The position numbers and the translations under genes were made by a program. Shown here piece after piece: positions 30,213 through 40,210 of a DNA stretch of 64,000 bases. The DNA is from Candidatus Oxydemutatoraceae bacterium (GTDB lineage: Bacteria; Pseudomonadota; Gammaproteobacteria; Poriferisulfidales; Oxydemutatoraceae). Under the pieces are notes generated by a model. The model was not told the DNA's origin, did no database searches, and worked only from the letters and a program-made list of their open reading frames with translations. The stretch lies in contig CBDCOZ010000003.1 of NCBI GenBank assembly GCA_965220085.1, forward strand, positions 1,888,001 through 1,952,000, written 5' to 3'. How positions within the stretch are numbered: position 1 is the first letter of the stretch; each line of letters begins with the position of its first letter.

Positions 30213-31346
30213 TCACGCATCGGGGCTGTGCAAAAGATCCCGGTAGTTTTCCGGCGTGATTGTCTCGTAGCTTGCATTGTCATAGGTAGCAAGCCACTCT
30301 TTAGGCGGTGCCTTCTTAGTTGCTTTCCATTTGAACCCGTAGCCGTGCAGACGGCCGCCGCGCTCTTCAATCAAATCAATCTCCTTGCCGTCGTAAGTCT
30401 GCCAGAAGTAATAGTTCGCATGCACCCCGCCGTAGGCGTTCGCTTTCAGTCTTTCCACGACCATGAAGTTCTCCCACAGTTGTCCGACATCGTTTCGTAA
30501 CTCCAGTTCATTGAAGTTTGCAATCAGTGCGTTGCGAATACCCAAGTCATAGAAATAGTACTTGCCCATCTTGCTGATCTCTTTTCGCAAGTTGCGCGAG
30601 AAACTGTTAAGCCGGAATATCACAAAGGACTTTTCCAGCAAGTCGAGATAGCGGGTGACGGTCTTGTTATCCATGCCAAGGCTTGAGCCCAGCTCGGAAG
30701 TAGATACCTTGCTTCCTACCTGAAAGGCGAGGAGCTTCAGCAGGTCAATGAGCGGCTTAGCACGCCGGACCCGGTCAAACTCAAGGATGTCCCTGACCAG
30801 ATAGCTGTCCTTGATCTCAACAAGCCGTCGTTGCCTGTGCGCATTGTTCTCAGCAGTGACGATGGCAGGGTATGACCCGTAAATCAGATACTCGGAAAGA
30901 CGCTGCTCAATCTCATGCCATGTGTGAACCGAGTGCAACTCGCTCAGCGAGAGCGGGTACATCGTCATCACGACTTTCCTGCCGGTCAACGGTTCGTCTG
31001 CAACATTTGCCAGATCAAAAGAGGAAGAGCCGGTAATGACGATATGAATATCGGGGACTTGATCGATCAACAGCTTCAGTGCCCTGCCGACATTCTGTAT
31101 CTTTTGTGCTTCATCAATGAACAGCAGGCGGGCATCGCCGAGCATGTTTTTCATCAGGTGCAAATCACACTTGGCGAAGGTGTCGGCAAACTCAAGCTCA
31201 TCGGCAGTGAACGCCTTGTAGGGCAAGTCGGTCGTCTGCAGAAACGCCTGCGCCAGAGTCGTTTTGCCAACCTGACGCGCCCCGTAGATGATGAGGATTT
31301 TGCCTTTCTCCAAGTAATCCTCTATGTTGAGTTGCCTTGGAATCAT
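30213..31346 (-). CDS. AAA_14 ATPase with DUF4143 C-terminus
   Basis: GARQVGKTT, FIDEAQ, TGSS, YFYDLG, EIDLI. Confidence 0.9.
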   Translation of the reverse strand: MIPRQLNIEDYLEKGKILIIYGARQVGKTTLAQAFLQTTDLPYKAFTADELEFADTFAKCDLHLMKNMLGDARLLFIDEAQKIQNVGRALKLLIDQVPDIHIVITGSSSFDLANVADEPLTGRKVVMTMYPLSLSELHSVHTWHEIEQRLSEYLIYGSYPAIVTAENNAHRQRRLVEIKDSYLVRDILEFDRVRRAKPLIDLLKLLAFQVGSKVSTSELGSSLGMDNKTVTRYLDLLEKSFVIFRLNSFSRNLRKEISKMGKYYFYDLGIRNALIANFNELELRNDVGQLWENFMVVERLKANAYGGVHANYYFWQTYDGKEIDLIEERGGRLHGYGFKWKATKKAPPKEWLATYDNASYETITPENYRDLLHSPDA

Positions 31347-31548
31347 GGGCGGATTATCACACAATTCCTATGATTTAGCAAAATTATGGGAATTGTATTC
31401 CTATAATTCAACTGAATTATAGGATTTCCAAGCGTTGACTCGCTATGAAACCCAAGAGATATAAAGGCGAACGGCAGGTTTTCTGACTGAAGCAAACCAT
31501 ACTTTGGAATAGTCAAGACTATTCTAAAGTATAGTTTATAATGGTCGG

Positions 31549-32670
31549 ATGCGTTATCTACTACCCAATCTGCAAAAAGATCTGAAGAAAAAGATGGTTA
31601 TATTGGCCGGTCCCCGGCAATGCGGCAAAACCACTCTGGCCAAATCCCTGCTCAATAAAAACGGTGAGTACCTGAATTGGGACATCGCAACCGACCGCAA
31701 AATTATCCGCGACATTGCCTGGCCCAAAGATGCATCCCTCGTCGTACTGGATGAGTTGCACAAAGCCCCCAAGTGGAAAAACTTATTGAAAGGCGTGGCG
31801 GATGAGTTTGCCAACACCCCGCCGATTCTAGTCACTGGCAGTGCCCGCCTGAATGCTTTGCGCAAAACCGGAGATGCTTTAACCGGGCGCCATTATTTCT
31901 ATCACTTACATCCTATTGACATCGCCGAGTCCCGTCTCTTTCTGCCCAAGATGCCGCTTGCCAAACGAATACAGAGACTGTTGCACACCGGCGGGTTTCC
32001 CGAAGCTTTCCTCCATCCTGAGGAAAGCCTGCGGCTGCGTAATGACAGAATGGAGCTAATCGTGAAAGAAGACAGTCACAGCTTAAGCCAAATCAGTTCC
32101 TGGCGCGGCGCGGTTGATTTGGTGGAATTATTGCGCGCCTCCGTGGGCAAGCCGATCAACTACGGCAGCCTCGCACGAGACCTGAGTATCTCTCCTCCGA
32201 CCGTCAGGAATTGGATTACGCTGCTTGAGAATCTCTATATCGTCTTTCTCATACCGCCTTACTCGCGCTATCTCACGCGTAGCATACGCAAGGAGAAACG
32301 AGCATTTTTCTATGATTGCGCCGCGGCATACGACGACACGCAAGGCGCGCAACTGGAAAATCTGGTTGCATGCTGCCTGCTCAAATACATTCAGTTCAAA
32401 AAAGACACTACAGGTGAGAACTGGGATTTGTTCTATCTGCGTGACAAAGAAAAACGAGAGGTGGATTTTGTCGTGACACTCAACCGACGGGTACATTGGC
32501 TGATAGAAGTCAAAAAGTCGGACGATGCCATCGGCAATGGCCTTAGCTATTACACGAAGCGGCTGAAGCCGAAGGAATCCATACAACTGGTGCTACACCT
32601 TGACCGCGCCCAAGAGAAAGCCGGCATCAAAGTCCTGCCGCTTGGGGAATGGCTGGACGCGCTTGGCTAA
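31549..32670 (+). CDS. AAA_14 ATPase with DUF4143 C-terminus
   Basis: GPRQCGKTT, VLDELH, TGSA, GGFPE, EVDFV...IEVK. Confidence 0.9.
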   Translation: MRYLLPNLQKDLKKKMVILAGPRQCGKTTLAKSLLNKNGEYLNWDIATDRKIIRDIAWPKDASLVVLDELHKAPKWKNLLKGVADEFANTPPILVTGSARLNALRKTGDALTGRHYFYHLHPIDIAESRLFLPKMPLAKRIQRLLHTGGFPEAFLHPEESLRLRNDRMELIVKEDSHSLSQISSWRGAVDLVELLRASVGKPINYGSLARDLSISPPTVRNWITLLENLYIVFLIPPYSRYLTRSIRKEKRAFFYDCAAAYDDTQGAQLENLVACCLLKYIQFKKDTTGENWDLFYLRDKEKREVDFVVTLNRRVHWLIEVKKSDDAIGNGLSYYTKRLKPKESIQLVLHLDRAQEKAGIKVLPLGEWLDALG

Positions 32671-32711
32671 TTTATTAAATAGCCTCGTCGCTTGTGGCGA
32701 CCATATCATTC

Positions 32712-34685
32712 TCAATACAAAATCCGAACCAGATCTTTGTTCAAGCCCAACATATTAAGCCACTTCAATAAACCTATCTGTGCGTAGCCATCTATATAAA
32801 CGCGGCTGTTGACAGATACTTTTCTCAAGTCGGTTTCGCATTCGCCAAGAACAAAGTATGAGCTTCGCACTTTATAAAGCTTATCCGCTTCAATTTCTTC
32901 AATCGCGTCGTCAAGTAATACTTCGCCACTTGCCGCCATCATGTTGTACAGAGTATCGGTTGCAGTTTGTCGATCAATATGCAAGCGTAACTTGCCATCT
33001 TCATCTGTCTTTGTTTTCGGTTTTTCAGTAAGAGAAAAAACCTTGTAACCTATATCAAGACCATTCTCCAATAGGCCTGCCTCTTCTTTTATTTTGTCGC
33101 CGGCCCGATTAACCCGCTCTATGCATATTGAGGATATAACTGGTTGCAGATCATTCTTCTTGCAAAAATCAAAAATAGACTTACTCGTTTTGGAATCAAT
33201 TTCTTCATCGCGCTGGACAAGAATAAATTTACGCTTGCCGCCATCTTCTTTATTTAAGTCCATCACCGCATGCGCAGTCGTGCCGGAACCGGCAAAGAAG
33301 TCCAGCACAATATCTCCTTCACTAGTTACCATATTTAATATATCTCTAATCAACCGCACTGGTTTCTTGCCATTCTTAAATTCTACCCCACCTTCAGTAG
33401 CTATATTCATCATGTCTTTGTAATATCCCTTCCACCAATCACCACGGATTTTTCTCAGTCCATACCAAGGTTGAAAGTCATGCGTGTCACCTATTGACTG
33501 GGCTAAATTAATCAATTGCCGAATCACCCCGTTGGAGTTTTTAAAAATTGTATAGCTTTTATTTAACTTACTTACAGATATAATCTTCCCTTCTTCCAAC
33601 TGCTTCTTCTCTTCTTCAGAAAAATTCAACTTGACCTGACACACAGCATCTCGGCAGATATGCTCTGCATCTTCATGCACAAACTGGCGGAATTGCTCAT
33701 TTCTCTCATATAAGTGAGAAATATTATCCAAACTATTTTTAGAAACAGACGGAATCTTCCCCGCATCAATTTTCTCTCTTAGATATTCCTTCAGGGTCCG
33801 CCGGTCACCGGTGACCGAATCGTAATATATAGAGTAGTGTGTATCCCATTCACGCTTTTCATAAAGCAGTTGGAATGGTTGCTTAAGATTTCTATCTTTT
33901 CCATAAACAAGAACAAATTCGCCATTCTTTACAATCTCACCTTTCTGGGCTGTAGCAACTTTCATCCCTTGAGTAACAGACATCTCCACAAAAAGGTGCG
34001 AAATGAAATTATATTCCCCAAAAATTTCATCACACATGATTTTTAAGTTAGCTTGCTCGTTATCACCAATGGAAATAAAGATAACACCGTCTTCGGTTAG
34101 CAAGTCACGCGCCAGTTTCAATCGCGGGTACATGGCAAAAAGCCAACCGGAATGATTCTTTGTACCGAATACATTCTCAAAGAACTGAACCGCGTCTTCA
34201 TCCAGACTGTACCTTTCTATCAGTTCCGCTTCACTTTCCTTGAAGCTATCGTTGTAGACAAAGTTTGCAGTGTCTGTGTTATAAGGCGGGTCAATGTAGA
34301 TTGACCTAATCTTGCCTTCGTAGTTTTGGCGCAGAATTTTCAACGCATCCAGATTATCGCCACGGATGATAATATTCTCTGTCGTGTCGAAATCTTTCGA
34401 CTGCTCTTTTTCTACCTGTAACTCCTTATGTGTAGGTTCATCCGCTTTGATTCTCGCCAGCCCTTTGCCGGCAAAATTCAAACCATAACCCTGATTCTCC
34501 GTCGCATAGCCGGCAACACCCAGCAGGTTTTTGAGGGCTTTAATATCCAGCAAGCCATCGCCATTAATCAGCTCGGGAAAAATAGAATGTAATTGCTCCA
34601 ATTTATCCTGCCTGCATATTGATGTCTCTACGTTAGAATCAATGGTCTTAAACCCAGACTGCTCGGCATCCTTTTTATCAATCAT
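32712..34685 (-). CDS. mod: type III restriction-modification methyltransferase (Mod)
   Basis: IRGDNLDALK, IYIDPPYNT, KPVRLI, LDFFAGSGTT; ATGA overlap with res. Confidence 0.93.
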   Translation of the reverse strand: MIDKKDAEQSGFKTIDSNVETSICRQDKLEQLHSIFPELINGDGLLDIKALKNLLGVAGYATENQGYGLNFAGKGLARIKADEPTHKELQVEKEQSKDFDTTENIIIRGDNLDALKILRQNYEGKIRSIYIDPPYNTDTANFVYNDSFKESEAELIERYSLDEDAVQFFENVFGTKNHSGWLFAMYPRLKLARDLLTEDGVIFISIGDNEQANLKIMCDEIFGEYNFISHLFVEMSVTQGMKVATAQKGEIVKNGEFVLVYGKDRNLKQPFQLLYEKREWDTHYSIYYDSVTGDRRTLKEYLREKIDAGKIPSVSKNSLDNISHLYERNEQFRQFVHEDAEHICRDAVCQVKLNFSEEEKKQLEEGKIISVSKLNKSYTIFKNSNGVIRQLINLAQSIGDTHDFQPWYGLRKIRGDWWKGYYKDMMNIATEGGVEFKNGKKPVRLIRDILNMVTSEGDIVLDFFAGSGTTAHAVMDLNKEDGGKRKFILVQRDEEIDSKTSKSIFDFCKKNDLQPVISSICIERVNRAGDKIKEEAGLLENGLDIGYKVFSLTEKPKTKTDEDGKLRLHIDRQTATDTLYNMMAASGEVLLDDAIEEIEADKLYKVRSSYFVLGECETDLRKVSVNSRVYIDGYAQIGLLKWLNMLGLNKDLVRILY

Positions 34686-37579
34686 TCGTTTGCTCCTATA
34701 TCTTTCAACAAGTAGGCAAGCTCCTGTTTGTTGATGCGTTTTCTAAATTTTACCAGTACCTTGGCTTCGGAAGTTTGAGCGGCATATTGACTCAACGCAT
34801 TAAAGAAACGTTCGCCGTATTGTATTTTTTTCTTCTCGTCTGCGGGAATATCGCTTTCACTGTCATAGCCCTTTGTTTCCACAACTAAGAATAGCTTTTT
34901 CTCTGCAGTTGTCCGTATATAGTAAGCAAAGTCAGGGCTATAAGACTTATACGGAGTCGGGATAGACAGCCGTGGCAATTTAGCGAACACGACGATTCTG
35001 TCATCCCCAACCCGCTCAGGATCATCATTAACAATGTCGCGCTCAATTTTGGAGTCATAACAAATCTTGTCATAAAGATAGGCGGCCTTTGGTTCAGAAC
35101 TGGTATCCGTGTACTTGCCTAAGTAGGAAGCTTCCATTTGTTCTTTCAACTCACTACATTTATTGTCCCTGTAAAAAATACTTCTCGTATCAATCGCTAT
35201 TTCACCTTTGAATTCATAGTCTATCGACTCGATTACATTGCTGTGGATATGGTCTTTAACGAATTTTGAGATAAGTTCATATGCCCGCTTCGGATTCGAA
35301 GAAATCTTTTCCTTATCCAATGACCGGAACAACTTCAGGCAAAACTGCAAAGGCAATTTTTCTTGCTCGGCAAAATTCGCAACAAATTCGGCATACTGGT
35401 CCTCACTAAAGATATCCGCCCTGCCCAGAAAAGTTTGCTTTTCAAACACAATCTGATTGTTCTGGTGGTCATAGGTTCTTTTTTCAACCTTTCTTTCAAT
35501 CACAGGCACAGATTCGTTTTCAAAAGACGCTTTGACATTCGCTATCAACTTATCATCATCTACATTGCGATAGATGATTTCTGCCTTGTTAGTGATGGTG
35601 TGCCACAAGGATTCAAATTCCTTAAATTTGTCGGCTCTAATGCCAACCTTGTCTTGCTTCCGATTACGATTAACTACGGGCGGACGTACAGACTTTTTGA
35701 ATGCATCCACCAACATATCGTATTTTTCCTTAAGACCACTGAGCTTGTCGGGGAGATTATCTTTATTCTCTACAAGAAAGTCAGCAACAGGCATATTGAT
35801 ATGCCATGCTTCGTCCCCACTTTCATCTAGGCTGATGACTTGTCCATCCTCCAACCATGTAGAAAGCCGATTGACCTGCGATGCATTTAAACCTAATTTG
35901 AGCAAACCCGCACGAGTCAGCCTCTCAGCGGTCAAACTGCCCTTGGTAATCTCATTTTGAATACCTTCAATAAAATTCTTTTCCTGCCCGGAAACGACAA
36001 CATCCAGCGTATTCACTTCATAAAACCTACTTTCACTGTCCTCGCAGGACTTGATAGTTTGCCTTCTGCCATTACGATCTACTACAAGCCTCAGGCCACG
36101 TCCGACTTGTTGTCGACGCGTGGTCTCCTTACTTGTTGAAGCAAGTTTGCAGATAGTCAAAATATTCGGATTGTCCCAACCTTCCTGTAGCGCCCACACG
36201 GAAAAAATAAACCTGAGTGGTTCCTGAGTAGATAGTAACCGTTCCTTATCGTTAAGAATAAGATTAATACCATAATTCTCTTTTTCCTGATTAGTCCCTT
36301 TGTCGCCAGAGAAGTAACCTTGGTGGACACATAGCCGATGTTCATTGTCGTAGTCCTTATTTAGATATTCATGGTAGGAATCAGACAAGGGCTCTTGTAA
36401 CTTCTCTTGCCTTTGCTTGGTATATTCTTCTTCAAATATGATTTTGATACGAGGGTTATCACCCCTGAAGTCCGCAACACTGGGGATAAAAAAGAGGGAT
36501 AGGGCTTTAATACCCCGATCAAACAGATCTTTTTCTTTTTCAAAGTGGAGCGCTATGGTTGCCTTTATCATCTCTCGCACAGTATCGTCAGCAATATCGT
36601 AACTCGGCGAGGATAAATCCTGCTTGGTACCATTGCTCAAAATAACCTTATCCTGTTTTACTCTAAGGCTGTGGAAATCATGTGCTTTATCACCAGTGAC
36701 AGTGGATATGTTCTGACCGTGCGTGATGTTAGCCTTATGCTCTATGCCATCTTTGAAATAATACAGACTCAGACCGTTGCGGCCACCACGATAAAACTTA
36801 ATGCTTGAATTCTCATCCGTAACGGTGGATACGCTGATGCGTTTAACCAGATAATCACGAAAGGCGGTGATACTATCCAAAGTGTAAACAACATTGGATA
36901 GTTGGTTTTCTGCCTCCTGCGGGAAAGTAGCGCCAAAGCGCAAAAGTAATGATTCAGAAAAATATTTATCATAAGTGTTAGTAAACCCCTCTCCTTTCAA
37001 TAGGTGTGGCTCGTCAATAAACATAATCGGCTTCAACTTACTAATTGCTTCAAGCGGTGCTACTGCGCCTAACAGGCTTTCATTCGCTCTGGTAAGTATT
37101 TTGCTCTGTTTTTTTTGCCCTGTTATGGACGCACTGGTTAAAATCAGCACCGAAAACTCCCGCTCATTACTGATGTAATTCTCAACTTGATGAAGTCCGT
37201 TTTTGTCACCATAGACGTACTGCTTGAGTCGCTTGCCGTACTCTTGGAAAAAATAGTCGGCGGTCAAGTTTATATTCTGGATGATACCGGCACGAATAGC
37301 GAGACGCGGTACGAAGATTAAAAATTTTGTCACCCCGTGCCGCCGATTTATCTCATACATGGTTTTAAGATAGGTGAAGGTTTTTCCAGTGCCGGTCTCC
37401 ATGAGAATATCCAGCCTGAAATCGTCCTTCAAATCCGAAACCGGAATGTTCTGCTCGCCGCACAGTTGCTCAAGCCCCTCTCTTAGCGATACGCGACCAT
37501 TGAATGCATCGCTGTATTCAAGCACCTGCAGAATATTGCTGACGCAACTTTCCTGATATTCCTGTTTTTCGAATAACAT
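34682..37579 (-). CDS. res: type III restriction endonuclease/helicase (Res)
   Basis: METGTGKT, FIDEPH, LQEGWDNPN, QQVGRGLRL, PDF...VETKG nuclease. Confidence 0.93.
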   Translation of the reverse strand: MLFEKQEYQESCVSNILQVLEYSDAFNGRVSLREGLEQLCGEQNIPVSDLKDDFRLDILMETGTGKTFTYLKTMYEINRRHGVTKFLIFVPRLAIRAGIIQNINLTADYFFQEYGKRLKQYVYGDKNGLHQVENYISNEREFSVLILTSASITGQKKQSKILTRANESLLGAVAPLEAISKLKPIMFIDEPHLLKGEGFTNTYDKYFSESLLLRFGATFPQEAENQLSNVVYTLDSITAFRDYLVKRISVSTVTDENSSIKFYRGGRNGLSLYYFKDGIEHKANITHGQNISTVTGDKAHDFHSLRVKQDKVILSNGTKQDLSSPSYDIADDTVREMIKATIALHFEKEKDLFDRGIKALSLFFIPSVADFRGDNPRIKIIFEEEYTKQRQEKLQEPLSDSYHEYLNKDYDNEHRLCVHQGYFSGDKGTNQEKENYGINLILNDKERLLSTQEPLRFIFSVWALQEGWDNPNILTICKLASTSKETTRRQQVGRGLRLVVDRNGRRQTIKSCEDSESRFYEVNTLDVVVSGQEKNFIEGIQNEITKGSLTAERLTRAGLLKLGLNASQVNRLSTWLEDGQVISLDESGDEAWHINMPVADFLVENKDNLPDKLSGLKEKYDMLVDAFKKSVRPPVVNRNRKQDKVGIRADKFKEFESLWHTITNKAEIIYRNVDDDKLIANVKASFENESVPVIERKVEKRTYDHQNNQIVFEKQTFLGRADIFSEDQYAEFVANFAEQEKLPLQFCLKLFRSLDKEKISSNPKRAYELISKFVKDHIHSNVIESIDYEFKGEIAIDTRSIFYRDNKCSELKEQMEASYLGKYTDTSSEPKAAYLYDKICYDSKIERDIVNDDPERVGDDRIVVFAKLPRLSIPTPYKSYSPDFAYYIRTTAEKKLFLVVETKGYDSESDIPADEKKKIQYGERFFNALSQYAAQTSEAKVLVKFRKRINKQELAYLLKDIGANE

Positions 37580-37584
37580 AGGAG

Positions 37585-38475
37585 TTATAAATGTAAGCAA
37601 CTCTTAATTGCGTCAGCTTTTTTGAGCTTATCCGCTTTCTTAGGTTCAGTCAAAGCAATATGATCTAGCTTACCTTTTACAGAAGATTGAGAAATATTCT
37701 TCTCTTTGCAATCCTTGATTAAATCGTTCGTATATTTATCCGGCTTCCTTAAGCTATATCGACCAAGCCTATACCCAAGTAACTCTTTCTTATCCTGAGA
37801 TCCTTGTACCCTGGTCTTCTTGTTTTTTATTCTTAGCCCTTTCTCCTTCACCAACCCGGTAACCTTTTTTATTATGTCTGTCTTCTCACCACAACTAAGA
37901 TTACGCTTAGAGCTTATCGCAATATCATCTATGTAGCGTGTGTATGTGCACCCGTTCTTTTCTAAGTCCTTAAAAAGTTTATGCTCTTCACCTCCGGCTA
38001 ATAGCACAAGATTAGCAAGGTGAGAACTGGTAGAAACTCCTTGTGGAAGTCCCCCATCATATGTCGTCAGTTGTGTCAAAAGTTCAGCCACTTCAGGGGA
38101 AAAGCGGAAATGATACTTAAATAAGTGGCAAATCATATCACTCGTTACAGACGGGAAAAAATTTGCTATGTCCATAGTAATTAGAACGGTTGAGCGCAAG
38201 TGAATAGAAGCACTTCCTTGTACTGAACGACCTTCTATTCCGCCACAAACGAAAGGTGGGTATTCTGCTCTCCTTAATATTTTATCTTTGATTCTTGACT
38301 GAATTGGCTTTAGAGGCATCTTTGAGGGTGTAATTGCACGGGCACCTTTCATATATGTATGATAATAACTTGCAGAGTTAGTAGCTATACACCTCAAAGA
38401 TGCCTCTTCGTAACCCAAGCATTTTCCAAGGCTACGCACAGAGCGGATAGGTCTATGTGAGTACAGCTGATACAT
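37585..38475 (-). CDS. retron-type reverse transcriptase (Ec48-like by recalled motifs), 296 aa
   Basis: MDIANFFPSV, LPQGVSTS, YTRYIDDIAIS, NKKT; SAxxH at the NAxxH position; ELLG at the VTG position. Confidence 0.88.
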   Translation of the reverse strand: MYQLYSHRPIRSVRSLGKCLGYEEASLRCIATNSASYYHTYMKGARAITPSKMPLKPIQSRIKDKILRRAEYPPFVCGGIEGRSVQGSASIHLRSTVLITMDIANFFPSVTSDMICHLFKYHFRFSPEVAELLTQLTTYDGGLPQGVSTSSHLANLVLLAGGEEHKLFKDLEKNGCTYTRYIDDIAISSKRNLSCGEKTDIIKKVTGLVKEKGLRIKNKKTRVQGSQDKKELLGYRLGRYSLRKPDKYTNDLIKDCKEKNISQSSVKGKLDHIALTEPKKADKLKKADAIKSCLHL

Positions 38476-38602
38476 ATCTTGTCCTCAGGTAAATGATGAT
38501 GGCGAGTAAACTAATTGCTATCTTGGTAAGGAGCCTAATAAAAGCCTCCTCAATCCTGATATATATCAGTCTACCCCGTTCGGTTAATATTATTATTTTC
38601 AT
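38453..38602 (-). CDS. 49-aa hydrophobic small protein (MKIIILTERGRLIYIRIEEAFIRLLTKIAISLLAIIIYLRTRYVSAVLT), putative retron effector
   Basis: Manual translation; AGGAGG SD 7 nt before ATG; overlaps the RT start by 23 nt. Confidence 0.6.
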   Translation of the reverse strand: MKIIILTERGRLIYIRIEEAFIRLLTKIAISLLAIIIYLRTRYVSAVLT

Positions 38603-38999
38603 AATAATACCTCCTAATTAGGTTAGCCTGAACTTAACTCAGTCAGGTCAATCTGAGTTGTCTCACAATGAGACAAAAGCCTCTTGTGAAATATCTCAGT
38701 GTGAACACTCAGCTTACGAACGGGATACTCGCCACCACCATGTAAAGCCTCTGCTGTTTTAACAACAGAGGTCTGACACAAGTATTTCGCAATGCCATGT
38801 AGCAAACGGAATTCGTCGTATTGTCCTGACTCGCTTTCACGCCCTCGTTACAATACACGAACCCGATACTTTATGAATCGCAATTCTTGCATCGTAGCAA
38901 CAGACTTCTACATAGGTAGAGTACTGTCAGATTAAAGCTCTTGCCTTAACCTATATTTAGTGTTCACTAACACTAATTAGTGCCCCCTTCAGGGGTGCG
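38603..38999 (-). ncRNA. putative retron msr/msd-like structured RNA (boundaries approximate)
   Basis: Dense hairpins (AACTCAG/CTGAGTT, TTGTCTCA/TGAGACAA, CCTCTG/CAGAGG, GTATTGT/ACAATAC, TCTAC/GTAGA) and long-range IRs (GTGAACACT/AGTGTTCAC, TAGGTTA/TAACCTA) directly upstream of the RT operon. Confidence 0.6.
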
Positions 39000-39005
39000 T
39001 CGGAT

Positions 39006-39033
39006 ACTATATCTAGTTTTGAAAATTATGCAA
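39006..39033 (-). promoter_or_regulatory. sigma70-like promoter for the retron-RM operon
   Basis: Minus strand TTGCAT-16 nt-TATAGT. Confidence 0.5.
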
Positions 39034-39209
39034 CCCCCCACATATTGCGATATCTGGCGGGGACTTAGCAATTATCTTGGCACAGCAGTGGTATGTTAAT
39101 TGCTAGGTTCTTGACTCTATTAGGGTTATTTGCCACAAGCTACTGATGGCAGAATCATCCCACAGAAACTTGCGACTCTAGCGGTTGCTAATCTAACAAG
39201 GTTGCATGG

Positions 39210-39716
39210 CTAAACCCGCCGCGCATCGTATGCCCAGTGCAGTAGCGACTGGCGTTGGCGGGGCCGGCAAGCAAAGTCTTTGCTCCGGCAGTTCTTGGTT
39301 ATCTGCATCAGGTGGCGGCGATATGCTTTCCAGCGTTTAATCTGGCGCGTGTCATCTTCGCTGCGCCGCCCAAGATAATAGCGGCAATACCATTGAAACC
39401 AGCCGCGCGGGTCTTGCGGGTGAATCCATCCCTTGTCGCGCCACACACTGAGCGGCTGGCTGGCATTGACACCGAAGAAGTTCAGCTCTTTGTGGCGGAT
39501 GCCATCAGGCGATAGCTTTGCATCCTTGAACCAATCCGGCGGCAAGTCGGATGGCTTGTCACTGAAGTACAGCCCGCCGAATACACCGAGCGCAAGCATC
39601 TGCACAGGTGTCAGTTCGGGTTCAAACTCTTTGGCAAAGTTTTTACCGGCAGGCTCCGTGAGTGTATAACGATAATCCTTCTGATAGCCGTCGGAATAGC
39701 GTACTGTCTTCATCAT
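39210..39716 (-). CDS. conserved hypothetical protein (LGVFGG / DPRGWFQWYCRYY motifs)
   Basis: Intact ORF; truncated diverged paralog at ~45226-45577 and a remnant near 48795-48845. Confidence 0.8.
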   Translation of the reverse strand: MMKTVRYSDGYQKDYRYTLTEPAGKNFAKEFEPELTPVQMLALGVFGGLYFSDKPSDLPPDWFKDAKLSPDGIRHKELNFFGVNASQPLSVWRDKGWIHPQDPRGWFQWYCRYYLGRRSEDDTRQIKRWKAYRRHLMQITKNCRSKDFACRPRQRQSLLHWAYDARRV

Positions 39717-39868
39717 GTTGAGATAATCGGCAACTCGCCGATATGCTTTTGGTTATTAACTATCAACCGGAAAGAGTGGCTTCATAGCGTGACTATCTGC
39801 GAACCTAAAATGCTTTCAACGCTTTAGCACAGGCCGCTTTAACTGTCGCCGAGAACGCCGAAGGAATT

Positions 39869-40210
39869 CTACTCAGCCTTAGCCTTAGCAACCTTTTCGG
39901 CCATGCGGATATACTCTCTAATCAGGGCAATGAAACGCGGATAGCCGGACTCTTTGGCAATAAACTCAAATGTTGATTCAACCTGTTCCGCAGAGTAACC
40001 CTCGCGGACAAGACCGCCAAAAGCCTCTTCAAGAAACGAAGACGGGTAACCGCGCGCACCGTCCAGAATAATCTCTGCCTTCTCGCCGGATTTAATTGCC
40101 GGGACAAGAAACTTCTCTCGAAATATAGTTCCGTTACCCTTCCCATCTTCCGGATAACGCCCGCCCGGGTGCTGACTGAAATCTTCCGCAATGTTAATCG
40201 TTTGATTCAT
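39869..40210 (-). CDS. STAS-like (DUF4325-like) protein
   Basis: INIAEDFS.HPGGRY...G..FRE...LDGARGYPSSFLEEAFGGL. Confidence 0.8.
   Translation of the reverse strand: MNQTINIAEDFSQHPGGRYPEDGKGNGTIFREKFLVPAIKSGEKAEIILDGARGYPSSFLEEAFGGLVREGYSAEQVESTFEFIAKESGYPRFIALIREYIRMAEKVAKAKAE

Noticed and set aside
37585-38475. RT as group II intron, DGR or CRISPR-associated RT
   Set aside because: Too short and lacks a maturase/endonuclease region; no TR/VR pair or accessory gene seen; not adjacent or fused to cas1; motifs fit retron RTs better
38623-38805. 60-aa ORF inside the retron leader
   Set aside because: Non-ATG start, no clear SD, no recognisable motif; overlaps the hairpin-rich region
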